Assembly: GCA_963674735.2 (NCBI GenBank)
Contig: CAXXQS010000003.1
Span: forward strand, 64,001 to 128,000
Origin: Myxococcota bacterium
GTDB taxonomy: Bacteria; Myxococcota_A; SURF-8
Reading direction: 5' to 3'
DNA length: 64,000 bases
Numbering within the stretch: position 1 is the first letter of the stretch; each line of letters starts with the position of its first letter. Below the pieces are notes generated by a model. It was not told where the DNA came from. It was given only the letters and a program-made list of their open reading frames with translations, and made no database searches. A program made the translations under genes and the position numbers. This document shows, in pieces, positions 20,160-29,137 of this stretch.

Positions 20160-22421
20160 TTACTGGGCCATGGTGGCCATTTGGTACCAGCCGGTATCGT
20201 GCGTCAGTGTGTGCAACCTGAAGGTTGAGAGCTGCATTTGCATCTGAGCGGTCTTTTCCGGCAATTGATCCGACAAGTCGCGTTTTTCTCCCGGGTCGTT
20301 TTCCAGGTCATATAGCTCGAAACGTTGTTCGTTGGCGAATTGGATCAATTTCCAGCGGCCATCGACCAGGGCCTGCAACGACCAGGGGAAAGTCGGAGCC
20401 TTGAGCTTTTCGATATAAACCGGTCCATGTTCCCAGCCATTCAAAATCATCGGCAATAGCGATTGACCTTGCATTGAGTCACGCCCGGATTTTTCTCCGA
20501 CGAGGTCGAGCAGAGTGGGGGCGATATCCACTAGAGCGACGGGATCCGATATCCGTTGCGGCGGCAACATGGAACTGTGGATGATAAGGGGCACGCGAAC
20601 GGATTCTTCATAAATCTGGCTACCGTGGTATTTGCGGCCATGTTCTTTGAATTCTTCCCCATGATCGGCCGTTATGACGATTACGCTGTTTTCGTAAAAC
20701 GGGGTTGTTTTTAGATAATCGATGAATCGTCCAACCTCACGGCTCGATACCCGCACTTCGCCGTCATAAAGATCGATTTGCCGATGTCCGAAATCGGCAT
20801 CTGAGTGACGCAAGTAGAGAAAATGTGGATCGAAATAGTGTAACCACATGAAAAGCGGTTTAGTGGTCTGGTCGAGTTGCTCCAGATGTTCGATGGCGAA
20901 ATCAGTCACCAGGTCGCTTGTCATGTGGCTTTCGGCGTGGCCGCGCTGGCGGAAGGCGCGGTTATCCCACCAATCGGCATTGCGTTGCAGATTGCGTTTT
21001 CTGAAATACCAGTAAGAGAAAATCCCCGCGACATGATAGTCACGGCCTTTGAGATGATCCATAACCGTTGGTGTGCGGGATTTGATTTTTGGGAAGTTGG
21101 CATAGCTACCCCAATGAATTTGGCTGGGGTACAGGCCTGTGATTAGAGATGGAATCGACTGCGGAGTGTTAGGGGCTTGAGCGTAAGTGCTTGTAAAAAC
21201 AACGCTTTGTGTGGCCAGCTCGTCGAGCTCCGGTGTCGTGGGACGTTCATATCCAAGATCTCCCACATGATCGGCACGCAGGGCGTCGATGGTGATCAGG
21301 AAAATGTTGTAAGGTTGGCGAATACTCTCGATACGTAAGGCCAGCATCGGGTCTTTTTCTTGTCGGATTGTCAACGGACGCGCGGAATCGCCACCCATAC
21401 AGTCGTCGTCGATGCCGTTCTCGGGAATTTCCTGGGCCATTGGATGAACGAGTGGATTGTCGTCGTTGCAATCTCCCCCCCGCAAAATAGCGGCGAATCC
21501 ATCCCCGTCTTTATCCGCGATTTTCTGTGTCGCGATAATAAGGGGTTTAGAAAAAAGGGAATGATTACGTAGAATTCCCGCTACTCGAGTTTGCGATGGA
21601 TAAGCGGCTAATGTCGTTGCCAGCATAAAACCGACAATCAGTAACCAAGCCCCGGCCGAGACAAGATTGCTGGTCATGGCCAACGCTTCCTCGCCGGGGG
21701 GAGTCAGGAAGAAAAAGTATAGGGCAAGCTGTGAGAGGAAAAAGAGACCAACCACCATGAATGGGAAAGGGTCGAGGATCTCGAACAGATAACTATTGGC
21801 CAGAACGAGTTGAACGATGATCCCGCTGAGCGTGGTCAGAACCAACAGCACGGCGAGTGGAAAGAGTCGATTCGGAAGCCAGCGTTCGAGTGGTACGGCC
21901 AATCTGGCGACGGAGCGGCTGACTGCCATATAGACGGCTAGGGCGATGGGGAAGAGAAGAAAGAGACACCCGGTGAACACGAAGGCTGCCAGGGGTTTGT
22001 TGTTGTACGCGGTGGAGAAGTGCAGCTGGAGTACGAAAACGGTTACGGTTCCCGATCCGACGGCTACCAGCGTTCCGATCAACCATGCGGCGAACATGCG
22101 GTCGGCTCGTGCGTCGCGGTGACTTAGATATAACAGGGCCAGCAGACGATCGGACGGTCGCACGAGGGCGACCAGAGCCTGCCAGCATGCGCCACCGGCA
22201 AAGCCATAGAGGGTGACGATAGTCCAAAGGAACGAAGTGGACACAAACAGATTCCATATCCATTCTCCAATATGCTGAAAATAAACCGGTGAGCGCAGGG
22301 CAATACTGGCCTGCTCCCCGAGAATGATCACGATGGACGCGATTAGTGCCGATAAGGCAAACCGCCGCCCAGCGAGGCGACTGGCTTTCATCTTCTTGAT
22401 TCTGTGTTTCATGGTCGCCAC
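20160..22421 (-). CDS. Membrane-anchored sulfatase-like hydrolase/transferase with MopE-like metal-binding repeat
   Basis: About 8 TM helices; DKDGDG...GGDCND...HP.A.EIPENGIDDDC; ITIDALRADH, HYFDPH, TADHGE, ELYDL..DPGE. Confidence 0.85.
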   Translation of the reverse strand: MATMKHRIKKMKASRLAGRRFALSALIASIVIILGEQASIALRSPVYFQHIGEWIWNLFVSTSFLWTIVTLYGFAGGACWQALVALVRPSDRLLALLYLSHRDARADRMFAAWLIGTLVAVGSGTVTVFVLQLHFSTAYNNKPLAAFVFTGCLFLLFPIALAVYMAVSRSVARLAVPLERWLPNRLFPLAVLLVLTTLSGIIVQLVLANSYLFEILDPFPFMVVGLFFLSQLALYFFFLTPPGEEALAMTSNLVSAGAWLLIVGFMLATTLAAYPSQTRVAGILRNHSLFSKPLIIATQKIADKDGDGFAAILRGGDCNDDNPLVHPMAQEIPENGIDDDCMGGDSARPLTIRQEKDPMLALRIESIRQPYNIFLITIDALRADHVGDLGYERPTTPELDELATQSVVFTSTYAQAPNTPQSIPSLITGLYPSQIHWGSYANFPKIKSRTPTVMDHLKGRDYHVAGIFSYWYFRKRNLQRNADWWDNRAFRQRGHAESHMTSDLVTDFAIEHLEQLDQTTKPLFMWLHYFDPHFLYLRHSDADFGHRQIDLYDGEVRVSSREVGRFIDYLKTTPFYENSVIVITADHGEEFKEHGRKYHGSQIYEESVRVPLIIHSSMLPPQRISDPVALVDIAPTLLDLVGEKSGRDSMQGQSLLPMILNGWEHGPVYIEKLKAPTFPWSLQALVDGRWKLIQFANEQRFELYDLENDPGEKRDLSDQLPEKTAQMQMQLSTFRLHTLTHDTGWYQMATMAQ

Positions 22422-22739
22422 ATAATTTTTATAAATTATATTTAATTAATTAAAATTTAGCAAATTAATATTAAAAACAAGTGGTTTGCTGATTCTAAGG
22501 CTCCATTTCTCATTATCCCTAAGGACTTGTTTCATTGTCCATCTCCACAAATCCGGTCTAAATTCCTGAAAATATACATAAATATAGGCTGGAATTGAAA
22601 TCCATATGGTGTGCGCATAACCCTAACCGATGCAGTTTCAACATAAGAGATTTGTTTTTGTTTGATTTGATGGTTCATGATCGGTAAATTGAGTTCATAC
22701 TTTTTTCCCGCGAATTGTTCTTTTGGAAAAGGGGGCACG

Positions 22740-25577
22740 ATGCCGTCATGGAGAGTCACGGGTTGGTTCGGTATGGTTGTCAGCGTGCTGCTAAGCCTAG
22801 GGGCGATTTCCTGCTCCGATGGGGGCCAGGCTGACTCGGCCGATGGCGATCTGCTCGTCGATGGCGACGGCGAAGTGAGCGATCGGGACCAGGATGCTGC
22901 GAGTTACCCCGCAGTCCAGCTCAGACGTGGTAGCGAAGCCGTCGTGACCGCGCTTTTAGGAGAGGAAGCCGGTCCATTTTCGGTTCGCGTACTTACGGAG
23001 GAGGGGGATGCGGTTGTGGACCGGAATGTTGTTTTCGAAATTCTCCGAGGACCGGGACGTTCGAAAGTTACAGGGGCAAGTTTAACGGATAGGCAGGTGC
23101 CGGTGGATTCGACAGGCCTTGCGCAGACCACGCTTCAATTGGAGGCCTCGGGCGAGCCCGGCACGATCGTCATTCAGGCTCGTGACGAGTACAACCTAGC
23201 GACTCCACTCATTTTCCGAGTCATGGCTTTTCGTGAACCCACTCCCGACCGCCGGGCTTTGTGCGTTTTGTCGATCAACGATTTCCACATGCGAATATTG
23301 CCTCAGGAAGGCCCCGGCTTCGATCTGGGGGGCCTGGCTCGCATTGCGGCGCTTTTCAAGTCGATCCGTTCTCAAAACGAGGCGAAAGGGATTGCGACCT
23401 TAATTGTCAATGCGGGTGACGATTTTGAAAACACGCTCTTTCACAATGTTGAGGGAACCATTCCAAAACTATACCAGTTATACGATGCGATGGGCGTGGA
23501 TGTGGTGCAGGTTGGGAATCACGATTATCATTTCGGGGTTCCTTTTTTGGACAAGCAGGTGGCGGAAGCTGAACCGAACTTTACGGGTGACCTTCAAGGA
23601 CATCCGATGGTGTTTTTGTGGGGGAATGTCGATCCGACGACCCTCAAGCCTGAATATGCGGAGTATCGCGACTTATTCGAGCAAGCATTTGATACGGTCG
23701 ATTTCGATGTCAAACGTTACAATCAGACGATTGTCATGGACTTAGATGGCCTGAGCGTGGGGATGCTCGGCGTGACAACCGATGCGTCCATCTATACCCA
23801 GGTAGCGGGCGATCCCACTTTTTATACCTTCGTTGGAGCCCCGACCGAGCATAGTCAGGGAATGACTTTCTTCAATCCGGATCCACGAGAGCATCCCTAC
23901 ATCAATCAAGCCATCGACAGTTTGGATGAAGAGGGTGCCGACTTGATTTTAGTTGCCAGCCACGCCGGATTGGGTTTCGGTGATCGGGTAAATATCCCTC
24001 CGGGAAAAGACGAGCATATTGCGCGCAACGCTCAAGGGATAGAATCCGGCCGTGTCGTGGATGCTATTATCTCGGCGCATTCGCATGTTCAACTTAACCA
24101 CGCGATACAAATCGAAAATCCGGCAGGCGGGATTACTCCGGTTCTACAGGCAGGTGAAGCCGGCCACTATGTTGGTGCCATGATGTTTGAGGTCGATACC
24201 GTTGCCGGTATGGGGGAATGGGTTGACTCCTGCCTGATCCAGGTCGATGCCACCTTACCTGAGGATCCGGAGACGGCCGAGGCGGTAGCTGAGATGACGG
24301 ATGAGGTTGTTTCCACATTCGGTGACGTATTTTCAAATGAAGTGGGTGAGATACCGATCGATCTGGGGAGTCGAGAACGGGCTTTCTGTGCGCTGGGTCA
24401 AGTTGTGGCAGAGAGCTTTTTGTGGAAGCTCGAACAAGATGGGGTTGCCTGTGATGTGGCAATGTCCGTTCCATCAATCTATCGAGCCGATCTGCGCGGA
24501 CCGACTCTCACCGAGAGCGAAATCTATGATGTTGTGCCCTTGCATGTTTTGGATGAGCGCGGGCTAGCCGATGAACCTATTTTGATTCTAGAAATGGTTC
24601 CCGGTATTTACGATTGGTCCGTGTTGAATCTGAGTGCCATGAGCAAAGATCAGGTGAGTGCGGTGGAATTTGTTTTAGAACTGGTGTATTCCATCGAAAT
24701 GCTGGATCAACTCTATCCGTCTGCCAGCACCGAGTTCAATTTGGAAGTCATGCATCTGGCGGGGATGAATTATATGGTCGACTATACCGCTGAACCTTTC
24801 CGGCGGGTTGTGTCGGAATCGTTGCGTATTGCGGATCAACCCATCCAGTTGGATCGCGCTTACCGGCTTGCCATGGTGCATAGCTTGGGGATGAATCTGT
24901 CGTACATTTTCAACTTCCTGGTCACGGCGCGCGACACGGAAGGCAATGCCGTGCAACCGCTGCGGGTATTCGATGTCGAGGGAGAGGAAATCCCGTATCA
25001 AGAGACGACAACTCTTGGCTGGGAAGCGCTGAGAGATTATCTGGAGGCTAAACCGTATGAGATGTTGAATGGTATCCCTGCGGGAGCCGTCGTTCTTGGC
25101 GATTGGTTACGCAGTCGTCAACCGGACCCGGGTTTGAGCCCAAGCGATATTCGCTGGGAGCCGACCAACCCACGTCGGGGTGATTCCGTGGAGATTACGA
25201 TTACCCTTCACAATTTCGGAGAAACGCCTGTCGGATCTGCGGAAGTGGATTTATTCGTGGAATCGACTCCCTGGGATCTGACGGATAATGACGATGCTCA
25301 TCTTTCGGATGAAGGATTTGAAGATAGTTTTTCAGGTTCGCTGATTAACATTGGTAGCCAGACTGTATCACTACCCGCATATCCCGAACTGCGGAATGTG
25401 GTTTTTGGCTGGGAGATTCCGAGTGATTGGCCGCCTTCTGAATATCCGCTGCAGGTACGCATCCATGATGTTGTTGGAGCGGATGAAGATCCCAATACCG
25501 GTGTCTCATATCAAGAGGTGATAACGGGCAATAACGACGGACAGGATCAATCTCGCAGGATTTCAATTAAACCTTGA
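22740..25577 (+). CDS. Bifunctional metallophosphatase/5'-nucleotidase-family lipoprotein with Ig-like and CARDB-like domains
   Basis: Lipobox AISC; NDFH, NAGDDF, GNHDY, SHAG, SAHSH metallophosphoesterase motifs; C-terminal PD.....DI.W.P..P..GD.V.I..T.HN.G. Confidence 0.85.
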   Translation: MPSWRVTGWFGMVVSVLLSLGAISCSDGGQADSADGDLLVDGDGEVSDRDQDAASYPAVQLRRGSEAVVTALLGEEAGPFSVRVLTEEGDAVVDRNVVFEILRGPGRSKVTGASLTDRQVPVDSTGLAQTTLQLEASGEPGTIVIQARDEYNLATPLIFRVMAFREPTPDRRALCVLSINDFHMRILPQEGPGFDLGGLARIAALFKSIRSQNEAKGIATLIVNAGDDFENTLFHNVEGTIPKLYQLYDAMGVDVVQVGNHDYHFGVPFLDKQVAEAEPNFTGDLQGHPMVFLWGNVDPTTLKPEYAEYRDLFEQAFDTVDFDVKRYNQTIVMDLDGLSVGMLGVTTDASIYTQVAGDPTFYTFVGAPTEHSQGMTFFNPDPREHPYINQAIDSLDEEGADLILVASHAGLGFGDRVNIPPGKDEHIARNAQGIESGRVVDAIISAHSHVQLNHAIQIENPAGGITPVLQAGEAGHYVGAMMFEVDTVAGMGEWVDSCLIQVDATLPEDPETAEAVAEMTDEVVSTFGDVFSNEVGEIPIDLGSRERAFCALGQVVAESFLWKLEQDGVACDVAMSVPSIYRADLRGPTLTESEIYDVVPLHVLDERGLADEPILILEMVPGIYDWSVLNLSAMSKDQVSAVEFVLELVYSIEMLDQLYPSASTEFNLEVMHLAGMNYMVDYTAEPFRRVVSESLRIADQPIQLDRAYRLAMVHSLGMNLSYIFNFLVTARDTEGNAVQPLRVFDVEGEEIPYQETTTLGWEALRDYLEAKPYEMLNGIPAGAVVLGDWLRSRQPDPGLSPSDIRWEPTNPRRGDSVEITITLHNFGETPVGSAEVDLFVESTPWDLTDNDDAHLSDEGFEDSFSGSLINIGSQTVSLPAYPELRNVVFGWEIPSDWPPSEYPLQVRIHDVVGADEDPNTGVSYQEVITGNNDGQDQSRRISIKP

Positions 25578-25591
25578 TCTGCGAGTTCAAT

Positions 25592-28500
25592 TCAATCCTG
25601 TTCATCAAGAACGGCGCGGACCTTCTCGGCCAGGCTTTTCGGTGTATAGGGTTTAGCGATGAAGTTCACATTTTCATCCAGAACGCCGTGGTGAGCGATG
25701 GCGTCTTCCGTATAACCGGATGTAAACAGAATTTTCATGTCGGGGAACTGTGGGGACAGACGCTCGGCCAGTTCTCGACCGTTCATTCTCGGCATGACGA
25801 CGTCACTTAGCAGCATATCGATTCCTTCGGGAATCGTTGGGGCTGTTTCAATGGCTGCTGCGGCCGATGCCGCCGGGAATACTTTATATCCCAAGCGCTT
25901 GAGAGCTTTAACTGCTACGTTCCGGACCATATCTTCATCTTCCACCAGCAGAATTGTTTCATGACCGCCCGGATCATTTTGGCGAGAGTGATGTCTCTGT
26001 TTATGGCTAAGAGTTTCTAAAACCATAGGAAGATAAATGTCGAAGGTCGTTCCTTTGTTTTTATGTGACGTGACGGATATCAGACCATTATGTTGCTGAA
26101 TGATCCCGTAAACCATTGACAAACCTAGGCCGGTTCCCTGGCCTTGGGGTTTGGTGGTGAAGAAAGGCTCAAACATGTGCGACTGTATTTCCGGGCTCAT
26201 TCCCGTGCCGCTATCCTTGAGTGATAAGCGAACATAGTTCCCGGGCTGCAATTCCGGGTAAGAATGACAGAAACTTTCCGATAGTTCGACGTTGGCCGTT
26301 ACGATGGATAACACCCCGCCGCCAAGCATGGCATCCCGGGCGTTGATAACCAGATTCAGAATCACCTGCTCAATCTGGCTTTTGTCGGCCTTGATTTTCG
26401 CAAGCTGTTTGTCTAGTGTGACTCGTAACTCGATGTCTTCACCGATTAGGCGTGCAAGCATTTTCTGAAGGGCCTCAACTGTTTCGTTCAAGTTGAGAAC
26501 TCGTGGTGAAATTAATTGTTTCCGGCTGAATGCCAATAATTGACGTGTTAGTCCGGCTGCTCGCTCGGCGGCCTCGTCGATTTCTTTAAGGGTTGCGTAA
26601 AAAGGATGAGAATCGTCGATATCGAGCATGGCAAGTGAAATGTTGCCGGAAATACTGGTGAGCAAATTATTGAAGTCGTGTGCGATACCGCCAGCCAATT
26701 TTCCAATGGCTTCGAGTTTTTGCGACTGGTGAAGCTGTTCTTCCAACATTTCCCGTTCTTTTTCGGCGGCCTTCCTTTCGCTGATGTCACGTATGATGGC
26801 GATAACCATACGTTCTCCCCCGAAAGTCGCGTTTGAAAGTGCGAGCTCGATTGGGAACAGTTCATTGGAGTGACGTACTGCGCTGAGCTCGACTACTTTG
26901 CCGATGGCCGCATTGGGGCGTCCTTGAGAAAAGTAGCTATGAATATTGATACTATGACTCTTGCGGAGGTGACCGGGAATCAATTTTTCGAGTGTATGAT
27001 CGAGCATTTCGGATTTGGAAAATCCAAACATACATTCTGCCGCTTTGTTGAATATGACGATGTTTCCATCGGAATTGATGGCGATGATCGCGTCTTTGCT
27101 GGAGTCGACGACAGTGCGAAATTGTTCCTCACTTTGTTTCAAACTGTTGAGAGCTTCTTTGAGTGCTGAGATATCACGAGAGGAACTCACAACTGCCGAA
27201 ACTTGTCCATCGGGTCCGAACTCAGGAAAAAGCAGCCAATCGATCCAGATCCCACTCGGTAGCTGGAACTCGATTCGATTGCCTTTCTTCGTCAGGAAAA
27301 CCTTCTCGATCGCCTCTTCCCATAAGTCGCACAGATTCGATGGGAAACCAAGATCGCGGTGGGACTTTCCAATGATGTCTTCCGGATCGATGTTGATTAC
27401 CGATTTTACGACTGGATTAACATACAAATGATGATGGGAATGATTGAATCTCATGATCACATCAGGTGAATTTTCGGTTAGTGCTCGGAAGTGTTCTTTA
27501 CTTTCCCGCAAGCTCTTTTCAGTTTCTTCTCTTCGCTGGATATCTTTTTCCAGGTTATCGAGAGATTGTTTCAGACGCTGCGTGAGATTGTTGAATGTAG
27601 AGGCCAACTGCTCGATTTCATCTCCGTCAACCGTGGTCGTGATGAAGTCGGAACCGCCAGGGAAACTTCCTCGGACTGTTTGTGTGAGTCGCTCGATCGG
27701 CCGGATGATATTGTGGTATACGATCAATAGCGAGAATGCGAATAGCGAAAGAATGACGGCCAACCCACCGAAGATGAAATGAGTTTGGAAACTGGGTAAC
27801 TCTTGTAAAATTTCCTTTTTGGGCACTGCAATTGCGAAGTACCAGTTCAGTATTTCTAATTTTTGCGTAACCAGAATGTAGGCTGTTCCATTTTCTTCAA
27901 ATTCCATTTGGTGAAAGGGAACCGAATTCTTATTCGATTTAATGATTTGATCGAGTTGGTTTTTCAGGGGAGAATCGGGAATTTCGGTCGAGCCGAGTGT
28001 GAGGCCCATTTCAGCATCCCGGGGTAGTTTATGCTTGAAATTGGGATGGATGATTAGATGTTTGGAAGAGTCGAAGATGAAGCCGTACCCAGTTATAAAA
28101 TAAGCGGTGTTCAGGATTCTGTTGTAAATTTCATCCAGAATAACATCGTGCCCGATAATGCCGCAAAATCGGTTTTCAACATATACCGGAGTGATGATGC
28201 TTGTCATCCAGTGTTTCCAAATCGAATCGTAATAGGGTGGTGTCCAGACCGGACGGCGGTTTGGGTTCGCAGATGGAGTCGCGATCGAATAGAAAATATC
28301 TTGCGAAAAATCATGGTTCGGTTCAACGCCTAAAGCCCAGTCCTTGGGAAAAATACGAATGAACTGATCTTGGCTGATGAAGTATGTGTTAAAGACAAGC
28401 GAACTGACACCCTGAGCATAATCATCGAATCCTTTGGCGGAAACAAGGAGACGTTCTCGAATGCTGTCTGTCAGGGGTTGGCGGCTGGAAAGGAAGGCTC

Positions 28501-28840
28501 CGGATTTATTGGTGTTATTGCCGGAATAAAGCCGACTGCGCCACGCACCGTCCACCCTTTCAAACTGTTTGTCGAACTCTTCTTGTGAATGGGAATCGAT
28601 AGATTGTTGAAGACGCATAGTCATAAAGTCTGCAGATTGACTTCCAATGCGGACCAAGGAATCGAAATGATCGGAAATACGCTTGCTTTCGCTTTTGACG
28701 AGTTCATTCAGTGATTTTTCTGCATTTAAAACTAAGTGCTCCTTAATATGAAACTGGTAAAAAAAACCGAGAATGGCAAAGATAAGAAGAAATGCCAGTG
28801 TTAATTGGCCTACGGTCTTTTTTAAGAGGTTCAGTCGCAT
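25592..28840 (-). CDS. Hybrid sensor histidine kinase (Cache-HAMP-PAS-PAS-HisKA-HATPase-REC)
   Basis: WTPPYYD (dCache), DEIEQL (HAMP), two PAS, GGIAHDFNNLL, NLVINARDAM, FEPFFTTK, GTGLGL, ILLVEDE/DVVMP/KP. Confidence 0.95.
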   Translation of the reverse strand: MRLNLLKKTVGQLTLAFLLIFAILGFFYQFHIKEHLVLNAEKSLNELVKSESKRISDHFDSLVRIGSQSADFMTMRLQQSIDSHSQEEFDKQFERVDGAWRSRLYSGNNTNKSGAFLSSRQPLTDSIRERLLVSAKGFDDYAQGVSSLVFNTYFISQDQFIRIFPKDWALGVEPNHDFSQDIFYSIATPSANPNRRPVWTPPYYDSIWKHWMTSIITPVYVENRFCGIIGHDVILDEIYNRILNTAYFITGYGFIFDSSKHLIIHPNFKHKLPRDAEMGLTLGSTEIPDSPLKNQLDQIIKSNKNSVPFHQMEFEENGTAYILVTQKLEILNWYFAIAVPKKEILQELPSFQTHFIFGGLAVILSLFAFSLLIVYHNIIRPIERLTQTVRGSFPGGSDFITTTVDGDEIEQLASTFNNLTQRLKQSLDNLEKDIQRREETEKSLRESKEHFRALTENSPDVIMRFNHSHHHLYVNPVVKSVINIDPEDIIGKSHRDLGFPSNLCDLWEEAIEKVFLTKKGNRIEFQLPSGIWIDWLLFPEFGPDGQVSAVVSSSRDISALKEALNSLKQSEEQFRTVVDSSKDAIIAINSDGNIVIFNKAAECMFGFSKSEMLDHTLEKLIPGHLRKSHSINIHSYFSQGRPNAAIGKVVELSAVRHSNELFPIELALSNATFGGERMVIAIIRDISERKAAEKEREMLEEQLHQSQKLEAIGKLAGGIAHDFNNLLTSISGNISLAMLDIDDSHPFYATLKEIDEAAERAAGLTRQLLAFSRKQLISPRVLNLNETVEALQKMLARLIGEDIELRVTLDKQLAKIKADKSQIEQVILNLVINARDAMLGGGVLSIVTANVELSESFCHSYPELQPGNYVRLSLKDSGTGMSPEIQSHMFEPFFTTKPQGQGTGLGLSMVYGIIQQHNGLISVTSHKNKGTTFDIYLPMVLETLSHKQRHHSRQNDPGGHETILLVEDEDMVRNVAVKALKRLGYKVFPAASAAAAIETAPTIPEGIDMLLSDVVMPRMNGRELAERLSPQFPDMKILFTSGYTEDAIAHHGVLDENVNFIAKPYTPKSLAEKVRAVLDEQD

Positions 28841-29137
28841 ATCATGGAAATCCCAGGTGTTTTTACGAGTTTTGGCGGTTTTAATATCGACTCAAAATGA
28901 TTAGCCCATTTCATTACGAATCACGCGAAACCACATTTACAACAACGGCGTGAAGACCGTGGTGGACCGTATATGCCACCACGTAAAATCTATGTGCACT
29001 TTCAACGTGCCTCATATCTATTAATCGGATAATTTTGCCATAAAGTGAGATTTTTCACTGGTCATAAAAGACTGCGACTTAGCTTTGTAAAGTCCTCAGA
29101 CAGACTCGTAGTATTTTTTAAAAACAACCGGTTACCC

